From positions 1 to 59,106 of the forward strand of contig CAXNCU010000001.1 of NCBI GenBank assembly GCA_964200985.1: a stretch of DNA of 59,106 nucleotides, given 5' to 3'. The notes beneath the pieces were generated by a model. That model made no database searches. It saw only the letters and a list, made by a program, of their open reading frames with translations, and was not told the DNA's origin. Position 1 is the first letter of the stretch. The number at the start of each line of letters is the position of its first letter. The position numbers and the translations under genes were made by a program. Positions 10,772 through 22,124 of this stretch are shown piece after piece. Source of the DNA: Candidatus Planktophila sp. (GTDB taxonomy: Bacteria; Actinomycetota; Actinomycetes; Nanopelagicales; Nanopelagicaceae).

Positions 10772-11804
10772 AGATCGCTTGGTGGGCTCTTCTATCAAAG
10801 GCGAAGAATCGGCCCTTGAACACGCACTCCGCCCATCGACGTTAAAAGAGTTTATTGGCCAACATCGTGTGCGTGAACAGATTGATGTTCTTTTAACTGC
10901 TGCGCGCCACCGTAAAACCCCAGCTGATCATATTTTGCTATCTGGCCCACCTGGTCTCGGAAAGACAACTCTGGCATTAATTCTGGCCAGTGAAATGTCG
11001 GCGCCGATTCGTATTACGAGCGGGCCTGCAATAACCCATGCAGGAGATTTAGCAGCGATTCTCTCCTCGCTTGTTGAGGGTGAGATTTTATTTTTAGATG
11101 AGATCCATCGCCTGCCTCGGCCGGCCGAGGAGCTTTTGTATTTGGCGATGGAGGATTTTCGTGTCGATGTTGTCGTTGGAAAAGGACCTGGTTCAACTGC
11201 AATTCCGCTTCAACTTCCACACTTCACACTCGTCGGTGCAACAACGCGTAGCGGATTGCTAACAAGCCCATTACGCGACCGTTTTGGTTTTACCGCTCAT
11301 CTAGATTTCTATACTGACGCCGAACTTGCGCAGGTAATCACTCGAAGTGCCGCCTTACTAGAGATTAAGATTGCACCCGATGCGATCGTTGAAATATCTG
11401 GCCGCTCTCGTGGGACTCCTCGAATCGCTAACCGTCTTCTTAGGCGAGTTCGCGATTATGGCCAAGTATCGGGAAGCGCACTGATCTCACTTGCCGATGC
11501 CCATGCCGCCCTTGAAATCTACGAGGTCGATGCCTTAGGTCTAGATCGACTCGATAGAGGAGTATTAACAGCTCTCGTCGAACGATTTAATGGAGGTCCA
11601 GTGGGTCTTTCAACTCTGGCCATTGCAGTGGGGGAAGAGATTGAGACCGTTGAGTCAGTGGCCGAGCCTTTTCTGGTTAGAAATGGCTTTATGGCGCGAA
11701 CACCTCGTGGTCGCATAGCCACGGCGATGGGTTTTGCCCATATAGGACGAACACCACCACCTCAACTCGCCTCCCTTTTCGACACACCCGCAATTGATGC
11801 CTAG
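10764..11804 (+). CDS. ruvB: Holliday junction branch migration ATPase RuvB
   Basis: [24 protein letters not shown] and RGTPR; GTG start chosen at 10764. Confidence 0.98.
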   Translation: MAEDRLVGSSIKGEESALEHALRPSTLKEFIGQHRVREQIDVLLTAARHRKTPADHILLSGPPGLGKTTLALILASEMSAPIRITSGPAITHAGDLAAILSSLVEGEILFLDEIHRLPRPAEELLYLAMEDFRVDVVVGKGPGSTAIPLQLPHFTLVGATTRSGLLTSPLRDRFGFTAHLDFYTDAELAQVITRSAALLEIKIAPDAIVEISGRSRGTPRIANRLLRRVRDYGQVSGSALISLADAHAALEIYEVDALGLDRLDRGVLTALVERFNGGPVGLSTLAIAVGEEIETVESVAEPFLVRNGFMARTPRGRIATAMGFAHIGRTPPPQLASLFDTPAIDA

Positions 11805-11815
11805 ACTCTGCCTCT

Positions 11816-13348
11816 ATGTCTACAACAAATAAACCCGTAAAGACGGCTGGCCGTCCCGCCCGTTCATTGGCGATTTTGGCCCTGGTGCTAGTGGCGATGC
11901 TCGGCCTTGTCTTTGTCCAAGGCGCCACCGAAGTTCGTCTTGGCCTAGATCTTCGAGGCGGAACGTCTGTCACGCTCCAACCACGTATCGCCCCAGGTGA
12001 GAGTGGAAAAGTTACTAATGAGGCGATCGACCAAGCGGTTTCAATTATCCGCCAGCGCGTTAACTCATTAGGTGTAGCTGAATCTGAAGTTGCAGCACAG
12101 GGAAGCGGAACTAATCGTCAGATCGTTATTTCAGTTCCAGGAGATACTGGACGACGCGTTGTTGAATTAGTTGGTCAGACCGCAGAGCTTCGCTTTCGCC
12201 AAGTTCTTGCAAGTGATTCAGCCTTCGTCGCAACAGGATCTGCCGCAGTTGACGCCGGATCTGCCGCTACACCTATAAATGGTATTAGCGCAGAGTTAAA
12301 TGCAAAGTTTGCGGCGTTGGATTGTACAAAACTAGCAAACCTTAAAGGCACTGGCACGGATGCACCGACTGACACCATTGCTGTCTGTGATCGCGCAGGA
12401 ACCACAAAATATATTTTAGCTCCGGCGGAAGTTCTAGGTCGTCAAATCTCTAAGGCATCTGCAGGAATTGATACACAGGGTGGAAATGCTTGGTATGTAA
12501 GTCTTACATTTAATGGTGAAGGCACTACTGCTTTTGGCGCACTCACCACTCGCGTAACATCTTTGCCTGAGCCTACTAACCAGGTGGCAATTGTTCTTGA
12601 TGGATTAGTTGTTTCATCACCACGGATTACCGAGCCAATTCCATCTGGAAATGCCCAAATCACTGGAAGCTTCACACAACTTGAGGCACAGGATCTTGCA
12701 AATGTTTTGAAATATGGTGCATTGCCACTTGCATTTGATCGTGGCGAAGTTCAGCAGATTTCACCAACACTTGGCGCAGATCAACTCAATGCCGGTTTAA
12801 TCGCCGGTGGTCTTGGACTGCTCTTGGTATTTCTTTACTCCCTTCTTTACTACCGTGGCCTAGGTCTCGTAACCGTTGGCTCGCTCTTGGTAGCAGGCTC
12901 ACTCGTCTACCTTCTCTTCCTGCTTCTTGGAGAGTGGATCGGATTCACATTAACGTTGGCGGGTATCGCCGGTGCCATTGTTGCGATTGGTGTTACCGCA
13001 GACTCATTTATTATCTACTTTGAGCGTATTCGAGATGAAATCAGAGAGGGCAGAACTCTCAGAACTGCCGTTGAAACAGGCTGGATGCGAGCGCGGCATA
13101 CGATTCTTATCGCCGACTTTGTCTCGATTATCGCTGCAGCACTTCTCTATTTCTTTGCAGTCGGAGGTGTTCGAGGCTTTGCCTTCACACTTGGATTAAC
13201 GACATTAGTAGATCTTATTGTCGTCTTCACATTCACTAAACCTCTTGTAACAATTCTTGCCCGATTGAACTTCTACGCTTCGGGACACCCACTTTCTGGC
13301 CTCTCAGCCAAAAGCACCGGAACCCTGCCAGTAACAAAGGAGGCATAA
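11816..13348 (+). CDS. secD: Protein translocase subunit SecD
   Basis: LGLDLRGG, RVNSLGVAE, YGALP, LTLAGIAG and IYFERIRDE. Confidence 0.97.
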   Translation: MSTTNKPVKTAGRPARSLAILALVLVAMLGLVFVQGATEVRLGLDLRGGTSVTLQPRIAPGESGKVTNEAIDQAVSIIRQRVNSLGVAESEVAAQGSGTNRQIVISVPGDTGRRVVELVGQTAELRFRQVLASDSAFVATGSAAVDAGSAATPINGISAELNAKFAALDCTKLANLKGTGTDAPTDTIAVCDRAGTTKYILAPAEVLGRQISKASAGIDTQGGNAWYVSLTFNGEGTTAFGALTTRVTSLPEPTNQVAIVLDGLVVSSPRITEPIPSGNAQITGSFTQLEAQDLANVLKYGALPLAFDRGEVQQISPTLGADQLNAGLIAGGLGLLLVFLYSLLYYRGLGLVTVGSLLVAGSLVYLLFLLLGEWIGFTLTLAGIAGAIVAIGVTADSFIIYFERIRDEIREGRTLRTAVETGWMRARHTILIADFVSIIAAALLYFFAVGGVRGFAFTLGLTTLVDLIVVFTFTKPLVTILARLNFYASGHPLSGLSAKSTGTLPVTKEA

Positions 13349-13352
13349 GTAA

Positions 13353-14417
13353 ATGTCAAAGCTCTCAGGTATTGGTGGTCGTCTCTACCGCGGCGAAACA
13401 TCCATTAATTTCATCGGTAATCGCCGTCGTTGGTATTCAATCTCCGCTCTCTTCATCCTCCTTTCTATTGGAGCGTTATCGCTGCAAGGTCTGCATTTGG
13501 GTATCGAGTTCAAAGGTGGATCATCTTTTACTGTCAATAAAGTTGGTGCATCAATTGAAGATGCGCGTTCTGCCGTTGAGTCGGTGGGCATTCCAGGAGA
13601 GATTATCGTTCAGAATCTTGGTACCGATAAGGTTCGAATTCAAACTGCCGCCCTTGATGCGGCACAGAATAATGAGTTACAAGATGCATTGGCTGCAAAG
13701 TTTTCAGTGACAGTTGAATCGATTGATACTCAGATAGTTGGACCATCATGGGGTAAAGAGATTACTCGTAAGGCGCTCTATGGCCTCATTGGATTTCTTA
13801 TCTGTGTGATGCTCTATCTAGCAATGGCCTTTGAACCCAAAATGGCAGTTGCGGCAATTGTGGCAGTTGTACATGACGTCTTTATTACTGTTGGTATCTA
13901 CGCGCTCGTTGGTTTTGATGTAACGCCTGCAACGGTTATTGGTTTCCTAACAATTCTTGGATACTCCCTTTACGACACCGTTGTGGTCTTCGACAAGATT
14001 CGCGAAAACACTCGGACCATCACTTCTAGTTCTAAGAGCACCTACTCCCAAGCCACGAACTTGGCAGTAAATCAGACGATAGTTCGATCATTTAATACCT
14101 CAATAATCGCTCTTTTGCCGGTTGGATCTATTCTGTTCGTTGGCGCAGGCCTGCTCGGTGCCGGAACACTTAAAGATCTCTCGCTAGCGCTCTTTATTGG
14201 ACTAGCAGTCGGAACGTACTCGTCGGTCTTCATCGCGCCACCGGTTCTTGCTCAACTTCGCGAAAAAGAGCCTGCCATGATCGCACTTGCTAAGCGCGTT
14301 AATGGACGCGGAGCAAGCACTCTTACGCTCACTCCAGCAGCCGAACAAGTTCTAACTCGTGCTCCTGGTGAAGTACGCGGACCACGCAATCAACCAAAGC
14401 GCAAAGGCCGCAAGTAG
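13353..14417 (+). CDS. secF: Protein translocase subunit SecF
   Basis: GIEFKGG, VGPSWG and GYSLYDTVVVFDKIREN. Confidence 0.97.
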   Translation: MSKLSGIGGRLYRGETSINFIGNRRRWYSISALFILLSIGALSLQGLHLGIEFKGGSSFTVNKVGASIEDARSAVESVGIPGEIIVQNLGTDKVRIQTAALDAAQNNELQDALAAKFSVTVESIDTQIVGPSWGKEITRKALYGLIGFLICVMLYLAMAFEPKMAVAAIVAVVHDVFITVGIYALVGFDVTPATVIGFLTILGYSLYDTVVVFDKIRENTRTITSSSKSTYSQATNLAVNQTIVRSFNTSIIALLPVGSILFVGAGLLGAGTLKDLSLALFIGLAVGTYSSVFIAPPVLAQLREKEPAMIALAKRVNGRGASTLTLTPAAEQVLTRAPGEVRGPRNQPKRKGRK

Positions 14418-14426
14418 GCAGTTAAC

Positions 14427-16589
14427 GTGGATACTTTGATTGCACCAGTAATAAGTGCGCTCAAAGAAAATCACGCCACAAGCAAGGGTGAAGATGTTGA
14501 ACGGGCTTTTCTTATCGCTGAAAAAGCCCATGAAGGACAGCTCCGTAAATCGGGGGAGCGTTATATAACGCACCCAGTTGCCGTTGCTCAGATTTTGGCT
14601 GAACTTGGCCTAAATACCGAGACAGTCATCGCAGCGCTATTGCACGACACCGTTGAAGATACGCCCTACTCGCTGAAAGAGCTCCGTCGTGACTTTGGCG
14701 ATGAGATTGCAAATCTCGTCGATGGCGTAACAAAGCTCGACAAGCTCACATATGGCCCAACTGCTGAGGCCGAGACTGTTCGCAAGATGGTCATTGCAAT
14801 GTCGCGCGATATTCGAGTCCTCGTTATAAAGCTCGCTGATCGATTGCACAATGCCAGAACGTGGAAGTATGTCACTCATGACAGCGCCGAACGCAAAGCG
14901 CGAGAGACCTTAGATATCTACGCTCCCTTAGCTCACCGCTTGGGCATGAATGCAATTAAATGGGAGCTGGAAGATTTATCTTTTGAGATTTTAGAGCCGA
15001 AGAAGTTCGAAGAGATATCACGGTTGGTTGCAGAGCGGTCGCCTTCTAGAGATTCGTTGACCAAACAAGTGATCGAAACGGTAACACAGGATTTAGCTAA
15101 GGATGAGATACATGCGACCGTCACGGGGCGTCAAAAACACTTCTTCTCGGTCTATCAAAAAATGGTTGTTCGAGGCCGTGAGTTCAATGAGATTTACGAT
15201 CTCGTCGGGATTCGCGTATTGGTAGATGATGTTCGAGATTGCTACGCCGTTCTTGGCTCCATTCACGCTCGTTGGAGTCCGGTGCCAGGACGATTTAAAG
15301 ATTACATAGCAATGCCAAAATTCAATCTATATCAATCACTTCATACAACGGTTATTGGGCCAACTGGTAAGGCAATTGAAATTCAAATTCGTACATTTGA
15401 TATGCATGCACGCGCTGAGTTTGGAATCGCGGCCCACTGGAAATATAAGCAGGGCCACGAAAACAATGACTCCTCTCCAGAGATGTTATGGCTGCGACAG
15501 CTACACGAATGGCAGAAGGAGACTGAGGATCCATCTGAGTTCTTAGAGGCCCTTCGCTTTGATTTAGGCTCGCCTGAAGTATTCGTATTTACGCCTAAGG
15601 GGAGTGTCGTTGCCCTTCCAGCGGGTTCAACACCTGTCGACTTCGCTTTCTCTGTCCATACCGATGTCGGAATCCGCTGCGCAGGGGCGAAAGTCAATGG
15701 TCGATTAGTGCCGCTCGAATCGCGTTTGAATAATGGCGATGTCGTTGAAATCGTTACGAATAAGAGTGAACATGCTGGACCGAGCCGGGATTGGCTTAAC
15801 TTTGTTCAATCTCCGCGGGCGCGCTCAAAGATTAAGGCATGGTTTAGTAAGGAGCGCCGCGAAGAGGCGATCGATGCCGGTCGTGAATCGATTGCCCGTC
15901 AAATGCGCAAAGCTGGACTTCCGCTTCAAAAGATATTTGCAGGCCATTCACTACTTGAGCTCGCTCACGATATGCATTACTCCGATATCGAAAGCCTGTA
16001 TTCAGCAGTGGGAGATGGTCATGTATCAGCGGCCTCGATAATCGATAAATTAGTTGTAGCCCTCGGCGGTGATGATTCACATCCCGAGCCAACAATGGAG
16101 GTTTTGCCAACTAGAGCGCCTGCACTTCGACGATCAAGTAATGCAGTCGACGTTGAGGGAGCAGATGACGTATTAGTAAAACTTGCTCGCTGCTGTACAC
16201 CTGTTCCAGGAGATCAGATTATGGGTTTTATTACTAAGGGCAGTGGAGTTTCGATTCATCGCAGCGACTGCGTCAACGCCGATGACTTGCTAACAAATCA
16301 ATCAGACCGCGTCGTCAAAGTTTCTTGGCGAATCGGCGCTGGATCAATCTTCCTGGTAAACATTCAAGTTGAGGCGCTGGATAGAGCGTCGTTGCTAGCC
16401 GACGTTACTCGCACATTATCTGACCAGCATGTAAATATTTTGAGCGCTTCAGTGAGTACCTCAAAAGATCGCACTGCCTTCTCGCGCTTTACTTTTGAGA
16501 TGGCCGATGCAACGCATTTAGATGCAGTCCTAGGTGCCGTGCGCAATATCGAAGGCGTCTATGACGTCTATCGAACAACTAATAATTAA
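14427..16589 (+). CDS. relA: Bifunctional (p)ppGpp synthetase/hydrolase Rel
   Basis: HD hydrolase (LLHDTVED), synthetase (RFKDYI, YQSLHT, EIQIRT), TGS, CC zinc region and ACT domain. Confidence 0.97.
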   Translation: MDTLIAPVISALKENHATSKGEDVERAFLIAEKAHEGQLRKSGERYITHPVAVAQILAELGLNTETVIAALLHDTVEDTPYSLKELRRDFGDEIANLVDGVTKLDKLTYGPTAEAETVRKMVIAMSRDIRVLVIKLADRLHNARTWKYVTHDSAERKARETLDIYAPLAHRLGMNAIKWELEDLSFEILEPKKFEEISRLVAERSPSRDSLTKQVIETVTQDLAKDEIHATVTGRQKHFFSVYQKMVVRGREFNEIYDLVGIRVLVDDVRDCYAVLGSIHARWSPVPGRFKDYIAMPKFNLYQSLHTTVIGPTGKAIEIQIRTFDMHARAEFGIAAHWKYKQGHENNDSSPEMLWLRQLHEWQKETEDPSEFLEALRFDLGSPEVFVFTPKGSVVALPAGSTPVDFAFSVHTDVGIRCAGAKVNGRLVPLESRLNNGDVVEIVTNKSEHAGPSRDWLNFVQSPRARSKIKAWFSKERREEAIDAGRESIARQMRKAGLPLQKIFAGHSLLELAHDMHYSDIESLYSAVGDGHVSAASIIDKLVVALGGDDSHPEPTMEVLPTRAPALRRSSNAVDVEGADDVLVKLARCCTPVPGDQIMGFITKGSGVSIHRSDCVNADDLLTNQSDRVVKVSWRIGAGSIFLVNIQVEALDRASLLADVTRTLSDQHVNILSASVSTSKDRTAFSRFTFEMADATHLDAVLGAVRNIEGVYDVYRTTNN

Positions 16590-16590
16590 A

Positions 16591-17889
16591 TTAGCTGAAC
16601 TCCGCCAAACTCTTTTCCGCCTCTGCCAACCATACTTTTCTGGCAGTAGCTGATTCGAGAGCTTCAGTCGCCTTCTTAGTATTTCCTGCAGCTTGAGATT
16701 TTGCAGCGACCTTTTCGTAGTTTTCAATCGAGTCACTTAGTTGCTTAACAACCTCTTCAGCACGTGCTTTTGCTGCAGGATCGCTCTTGCGCCAATGTGC
16801 AGCCTCTGCCTCTTTGATTACGGTTTCAACGGCGTGCACACGAGCATCGAGGGATGTGCGCTTATCTCGGTGAGTCATCCCGATCTTGTTCCAACTATTC
16901 ATGTGCTCGCGCAGGGCCTTCTTCGCCTCATCAAGATTTGTTACAGGTAGCAAGGCTTCAATCAATTGGACAAGCTCTTCGCGCTTAATGAGATTAGTTG
17001 CCATCGTGACATCGCGTTTTTCTAAATCAGCGTTCTTAGCTGTGAAGAATTGATCTTGAGCGGCTTTAAAACGCGCCCACATCTTTGCATCATCACTTGG
17101 CTTTCCGCGGCCTGAAGCCTTCCATGCATCCATGAGGGATTTGAAACGCTTGGCAGTTGGAACCCACTCGGTAGAAGTAGCAAGTGACTCTGCTTCAGTA
17201 ATGATCGCCTTTTTGGCATCAGAGACGACGCTCTGTACAGCTTCAAGGGCGGCAAAATGTGTGCGACGGCGCTTATCGAACTTATTTCGAGATGATGAGA
17301 ACCTCTTCCAGAGATCGGCATCTGACTTTTTATCTAAGCGTGGAGCTGATTTCCACTCGTCGAGCAAAACCTTTAAGCGATCGCCTGTAACTTTCCATGA
17401 CTCTGACTGCGCCAATGATTCAGCTTCTGCAACGATCTTTTCCTTCTCAATTAAAATCTGTTCAAGGCGTGCCTTCTTTGCCGCCGTTTCAGCGGCCTTC
17501 TTCGCCTCGTACGCCTCGCGATGACCCTCGATAAGAGGTTCAATCTGTTCGACCGAGGCCGATAATGCCTCTAGATCACCAACAGCGTTGAGCTCTCTGA
17601 CCTGGTCGCGTAGTTTCTTAACTGCGATATAGGCATCAGATGGGACTAGTGCGCCACTCTTAATTCGCGCAGCGAGCAGTGCAACTTCTGCAGCGAGCAT
17701 TTCAAATTTGCGTACAAAGTATGCAAGGGCCTCTTCGGCGCTCTTGCCAGGATATGAGCCAACGGGTTTTTCACCGCTAGTAGTGCGAACGTAAACTGTG
17801 CCATCGTCGCCAACGCGTCCAAAGGCTGCAGGATCTCCAATCAGGGCGCTGGCCGCTGATGCTTGTGGTGCTGGATTAATATCGGTCAT
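16591..17889 (-). CDS. DUF349 repeat-containing protein
   Basis: FGRV..DGTVYV N-terminus and repeated L...WK..G......LW.RF......F units; convergent with rel as in other actinobacteria. Confidence 0.85.
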   Translation of the reverse strand: MTDINPAPQASAASALIGDPAAFGRVGDDGTVYVRTTSGEKPVGSYPGKSAEEALAYFVRKFEMLAAEVALLAARIKSGALVPSDAYIAVKKLRDQVRELNAVGDLEALSASVEQIEPLIEGHREAYEAKKAAETAAKKARLEQILIEKEKIVAEAESLAQSESWKVTGDRLKVLLDEWKSAPRLDKKSDADLWKRFSSSRNKFDKRRRTHFAALEAVQSVVSDAKKAIITEAESLATSTEWVPTAKRFKSLMDAWKASGRGKPSDDAKMWARFKAAQDQFFTAKNADLEKRDVTMATNLIKREELVQLIEALLPVTNLDEAKKALREHMNSWNKIGMTHRDKRTSLDARVHAVETVIKEAEAAHWRKSDPAAKARAEEVVKQLSDSIENYEKVAAKSQAAGNTKKATEALESATARKVWLAEAEKSLAEFS

Positions 17890-18066
17890 GGTGGTGATCC
17901 TTTCAGCGCGTTGTTCATTACGAACGTCGCTATGTATGTCATGGGCGTATTCGAGGTTAAACTCAAATACAGCTGAATTGAGCGTTTAGGTAGGGTAAAA
18001 GGTACCCTGTCCTTGCCTCATAGCGTCAATCGCCTATGTCGCCAGAGAAAAACGAAAGGTGTTGCC

Positions 18067-18729
18067 ATGCTTGTCGCCTCTTTCGCAGCCCCCATGTTTG
18101 CTACGAACTGCTGGGTAATCGCTTCCCAGGCCGGCTCCGAATGCGTGGTAGTTGATCCAGGCATGCCCGACGTATCTGATCAGTTATCGGCCATTCTCAG
18201 TCAGTTCAGGCTCAAGCCGGTAGCGGTTATCGCAACACATGGCCATTTAGACCATACATTTTCGATCACTCCAATTGCCGATGGCTATGGGATTCCGGCA
18301 TATATCCACAGTGCTGATCGATTGGCTTTGAGGCATCCAGAGCGGGTTTTGAGTCCAGAATTTGCCGCGACATTGGAGGGCATGGAGTTTATTGAGCCAA
18401 AGGATGTAAGAGAATTACGCAATGGTGAGCTACTTGAACTCGTTGGCCTTAAATTTAAGGCTATCCACGCTCCGGGTCACACCGCAGGTTCGTTGATGTT
18501 TGAGGTCTCTGATGAGCTTTTAATAAGTGGAGATGTTCTATTTGCCGGCTCCATTGGACGAACCGATCAACCAACTGGCTCATCGAAGGATATGGAACAG
18601 ACTTTACGCAAAAAAATTCTGCCACTCGGGGATCACTTGCGAGTATTACCTGGCCATGGACCAGAGACAACGATTGCACGAGAGAGAAAAGATAATCCAT
18701 TTCTCAAGGCACTTAAAGGACGTTACTAA
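18067..18729 (+). CDS. MBL-fold metallo-hydrolase (glyoxalase II-like)
   Basis: THGHLDH, PGHT, GDVLF and PGHG; SD-like GAAAGG upstream of ATG 18067. Confidence 0.92.
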   Translation: MLVASFAAPMFATNCWVIASQAGSECVVVDPGMPDVSDQLSAILSQFRLKPVAVIATHGHLDHTFSITPIADGYGIPAYIHSADRLALRHPERVLSPEFAATLEGMEFIEPKDVRELRNGELLELVGLKFKAIHAPGHTAGSLMFEVSDELLISGDVLFAGSIGRTDQPTGSSKDMEQTLRKKILPLGDHLRVLPGHGPETTIARERKDNPFLKALKGRY

Positions 18730-19979
18730 TGGCTGGCCAAAAACTACAAGCCCCAAAAGGGGTAAGTGAATATTTTCCACCGCGTTCGAAGTTATTTGAG
18801 TTTGTGCGAGAGTGCCTGATTTCACCGGCGCGATTAGCTGGCTATCAATTGATGGAGCTACCGGTATTTGAAGATACCGAGCTATATAAGCGCGGAGTGG
18901 GAGAGTCCACCGACGTTGTTTCCAAAGAGATGTACACCTTTACCGATCGTGGAGATCGTTCCATCACACTGAGGCCAGAAGGTACGGCCGGGGCTATGCG
19001 AGCAGTTATTGAACATGGGTTAGATCGCGGCCAACTACCGGTGAAGATTTGGTATTCAGGTGCCTACTTCCGTGCCGAACGTCCACAGGCGGGACGTTAT
19101 CGCCAGTTCTATCAAGTTGGAATCGAAGCGATTGGCCTTGATGACCCAGCAATCGATGCTGAGGTGATTGCAATTGCAGATGCCGGCTTTAAAGCAATCG
19201 GTTTGAGGAATTATCGATTGGAGTTAACTTCTTTAGGAGATAGTCAATCGCGTGCGGCTCATCGCATCGATTTGCTTAAGTTTATAGCAACACTTGATTT
19301 GGATGAGGCAACTGCTACACGCGCACAAATCAATCCGCTTCGACTCTTTGATGATAAGCGTGAAGAGATGAAGAAAGCGATGTCGAAGGCACCGTTACTA
19401 ATGGATTATTTAAGCGATGAATCGCGCGCACATTTTGAGTCAGTTAAAGGCTACTTAGATGCTTTAGGAATTTCTTATCAGCTCAACCCTCATATGGTTC
19501 GCGGACTGGATTATTACACTGGCACTACCTTTGAATTCATCCATGATGGACTTGGTGCGCAATCTGGAATCGGTGGCGGTGGTCGCTATGACGGCCTCAT
19601 GCAAGAGCTAGGCGGCCAGGAGCTTTCTGGTATCGGATTTGGGCTTGGAGTAGATCGAGCACTTCTTGCAGCTGAGGCTGAAGGTGTTCTCGCGCAGGAT
19701 GGTTTTGCATCCGATCTCTTCGTTATTCCACTCGGCGAAGAGGCGATGGTAGAGAGTCTAAAAATTGCAACCTCTCTGCGTTTAGCTGGAAAGAGAGTCG
19801 AAATAGCATTTGGTTCTCGCGCGTTAAAAGCTTCAATGAAGGCGGCCGATAAAAGTGGCGCTCGTTATGTAATAGTTCTTGGCGATGAAGAGATGTCGAG
19901 CCAGAGCGTAGAGCTTAAAAACATGAACTCCGGTGTATCCACATCGGTTAGGATTGACTCCTTAATCAACGCACTGTAG
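18729..19979 (+). CDS. hisS: Histidine--tRNA ligase
   Basis: [26 protein letters not shown] and GGGRYDGL. Confidence 0.98.
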   Translation: MAGQKLQAPKGVSEYFPPRSKLFEFVRECLISPARLAGYQLMELPVFEDTELYKRGVGESTDVVSKEMYTFTDRGDRSITLRPEGTAGAMRAVIEHGLDRGQLPVKIWYSGAYFRAERPQAGRYRQFYQVGIEAIGLDDPAIDAEVIAIADAGFKAIGLRNYRLELTSLGDSQSRAAHRIDLLKFIATLDLDEATATRAQINPLRLFDDKREEMKKAMSKAPLLMDYLSDESRAHFESVKGYLDALGISYQLNPHMVRGLDYYTGTTFEFIHDGLGAQSGIGGGGRYDGLMQELGGQELSGIGFGLGVDRALLAAEAEGVLAQDGFASDLFVIPLGEEAMVESLKIATSLRLAGKRVEIAFGSRALKASMKAADKSGARYVIVLGDEEMSSQSVELKNMNSGVSTSVRIDSLINAL

Positions 19980-19999
19980 AAAGCGAAACCACACTCACT

Positions 20000-21751
20000 A
20001 TGTTAAGAAGTCATGAAGCAGGCACATTACGTAAATCCGACGCGGGAACAACTGTCACCTTGGCAGGATGGGTCTCTAGGCGTCGAGATCATGGTGGTGT
20101 TGCCTTCATCGACCTTCGCGATGCATCAGGCTCAGTTCAGGTTGTTATCCGCGATGAAAAGCTCGCTGGAGCCCTTCGCGCAGAGTGGTGCTTATTAATT
20201 ACTGGTGAGGTTATGGCACGTCCGGCAGGAAATGAAAATACGAATATTCCTACCGGTGAGATCGAGATAATGGGCGATACCGTGGTTGTATTGAGCGAGT
20301 CTGCTCCTCTGCCATTTCCAGTCGATAGCGGAAATGATTCAGATATTAGCGAGGAAGTCCGTCTGAAGTATCGTTACTTAGATTTACGCCGTGAGAAGCC
20401 TGCTGCAAATCTACGCCTTCGCTCCAAAGTGACATCTACTATTCGCAGAGTCATGGAAGATGAGGCATTTCTAGAGATTGAAACGCCTTACTTAACTCGC
20501 TCTACCCCAGAAGGTGCACGCGACTTTTTAGTTCCAGTACGTCTGCAGCCAGGAAGTTGGTATGCACTTCCTCAATCGCCTCAGCTCTTTAAGCAGCTAT
20601 TAATGGTTGCCGGTATGGAAAAGTATTATCAAATTGCGCGATGTTTTCGTGATGAGGATTTTCGCGCCGATCGCCAGCCAGAGTTCACTCAATTAGATAT
20701 TGAGATGTCATTTATCGATCAAGAGGATATCTTGGCAGTTGCGGAAAAGATCGTTGCAAAGATATGGCAAGAGGCGGTTGGCTACACAATCCCATTGCCA
20801 CTTGCGCGCATGACCTATGCCGATGCCATGTCTCGATTCGGCTCTGATAAACCAGATCTAAGATTTTCTAATGAGCTCACAGAACAGACTTCATATTTTG
20901 CAGATACAACTTTCAGAGTTTTCCAAGCTCCATATGTTGGCGCAGTTGTCATGCCAGGGGGAGCGGCCTCACCACGTCGCGAGCTCGATGCTTGGCAAGA
21001 TTGGGCAAAAGCGCGCGGCGCAAAAGGATTGGCTTACATTCTCATCAACGAAGATTCATCTCTGGGTGGACCTGTTGCTAAGAACTTAAGTGAGAGTGAG
21101 TGCGCGGGCATCGCCGCTGCAACTGGCGCAAAAGCAGGAGATGCAATCTTTTTCGCCGCGGGAGAGCGCAGTGCTTCACTGAACTTACTGGGGGCCGTTC
21201 GTCTTGAGATAGGCAAGCGCTGCGGATTAATTAATCAAGGTGCGTGGGAGTTTTTATGGGTCGTTGATGCACCTATGTTTGAACCGACTGACAACGGTGG
21301 CTGGACTGCTGTACACCATCCATTTACTGGTCCTAAGCCAGAGTTCGCGGCGAGCTTTGCCAGTGATCCGGGCAACGCCTTGGCCTATGCCTACGATATT
21401 GTTTTAAATGGCACCGAACTCGGCGGAGGTTCGATACGTATTCATGATCAGAAAATGCAAAAGGATGTCTTCCGCGTTATCGGCTTAAGCGATGAAGAGG
21501 CGGCCTCGAAATTTGGCTTCCTACTAGAGGCCTTCAACTACGGCCCACCTCCGCATGGCGGAATCGCCCTTGGCCTAGACCGTGTCTGCGCACTTCTCAC
21601 CGGGTCGGATTCGATTCGAGAAGTTATCGCCTTTCCTAAAACTGCTAGTGGTGGCGATCCACTTACTGGTGCGCCAACTCCGATAACTACGGCACAGCGC
21701 AAGGAGAGCGGAATCGATGGCGCAGCTAAGAACTCGCCTCAGGTAGACTAA
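20000..21751 (+). CDS. aspS: Aspartate--tRNA ligase (probably non-discriminating Asp/Asn)
   Basis: [32 protein letters not shown] and PPHGG.A.GLDR. Confidence 0.98.
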   Translation: MLRSHEAGTLRKSDAGTTVTLAGWVSRRRDHGGVAFIDLRDASGSVQVVIRDEKLAGALRAEWCLLITGEVMARPAGNENTNIPTGEIEIMGDTVVVLSESAPLPFPVDSGNDSDISEEVRLKYRYLDLRREKPAANLRLRSKVTSTIRRVMEDEAFLEIETPYLTRSTPEGARDFLVPVRLQPGSWYALPQSPQLFKQLLMVAGMEKYYQIARCFRDEDFRADRQPEFTQLDIEMSFIDQEDILAVAEKIVAKIWQEAVGYTIPLPLARMTYADAMSRFGSDKPDLRFSNELTEQTSYFADTTFRVFQAPYVGAVVMPGGAASPRRELDAWQDWAKARGAKGLAYILINEDSSLGGPVAKNLSESECAGIAAATGAKAGDAIFFAAGERSASLNLLGAVRLEIGKRCGLINQGAWEFLWVVDAPMFEPTDNGGWTAVHHPFTGPKPEFAASFASDPGNALAYAYDIVLNGTELGGGSIRIHDQKMQKDVFRVIGLSDEEAASKFGFLLEAFNYGPPPHGGIALGLDRVCALLTGSDSIREVIAFPKTASGGDPLTGAPTPITTAQRKESGIDGAAKNSPQVD

Positions 21752-21755
21752 AACC

Positions 21756-22115
21756 ATGGGACCAGGTGGAATTGCAACGATTATTGCATCGTGTGGGCTT
21801 TTTATTATCGCCATTGCGATTAGTTATGTCGTAATACGAGTGGGTCGCTTTATTGATGAAGCAGGGATCTCACTTAAAGCACTCACCGATGAGACCGCGC
21901 CGCTTATTGAAGAGGTGCATACGACCGTAACTTTAGTAAATGGTCCATTGAAGAGTATTAACCGTATTACGAAAAACGCCGAGGATCTCTCTGAGAAGGT
22001 AAGCGAAGCGACTAGTTCATTTATGAATAAGAATGGCTCGGCCGTTAAAGTCGCCGCAGCGCTTTTAACAGCTGCATCAAAAAACAAATCGCGCTCTAAG
22101 AAGAAGGCTGAGTGA
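21756..22115 (+). CDS. DUF948-family membrane-anchored protein
   Basis: N-terminal TM helix, coiled coil, basic tail; conserved position upstream of alaS. Confidence 0.7.
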   Translation: MGPGGIATIIASCGLFIIAIAISYVVIRVGRFIDEAGISLKALTDETAPLIEEVHTTVTLVNGPLKSINRITKNAEDLSEKVSEATSSFMNKNGSAVKVAAALLTAASKNKSRSKKKAE

Positions 22116-22124
22116 TCTCAGTAC

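Noticed and set aside
12236-12267. Repeated GGATCTGCCGC in secD
   Set aside because: Short repeat in a low-complexity Ala/Gly/Ser linker; no sign of function.
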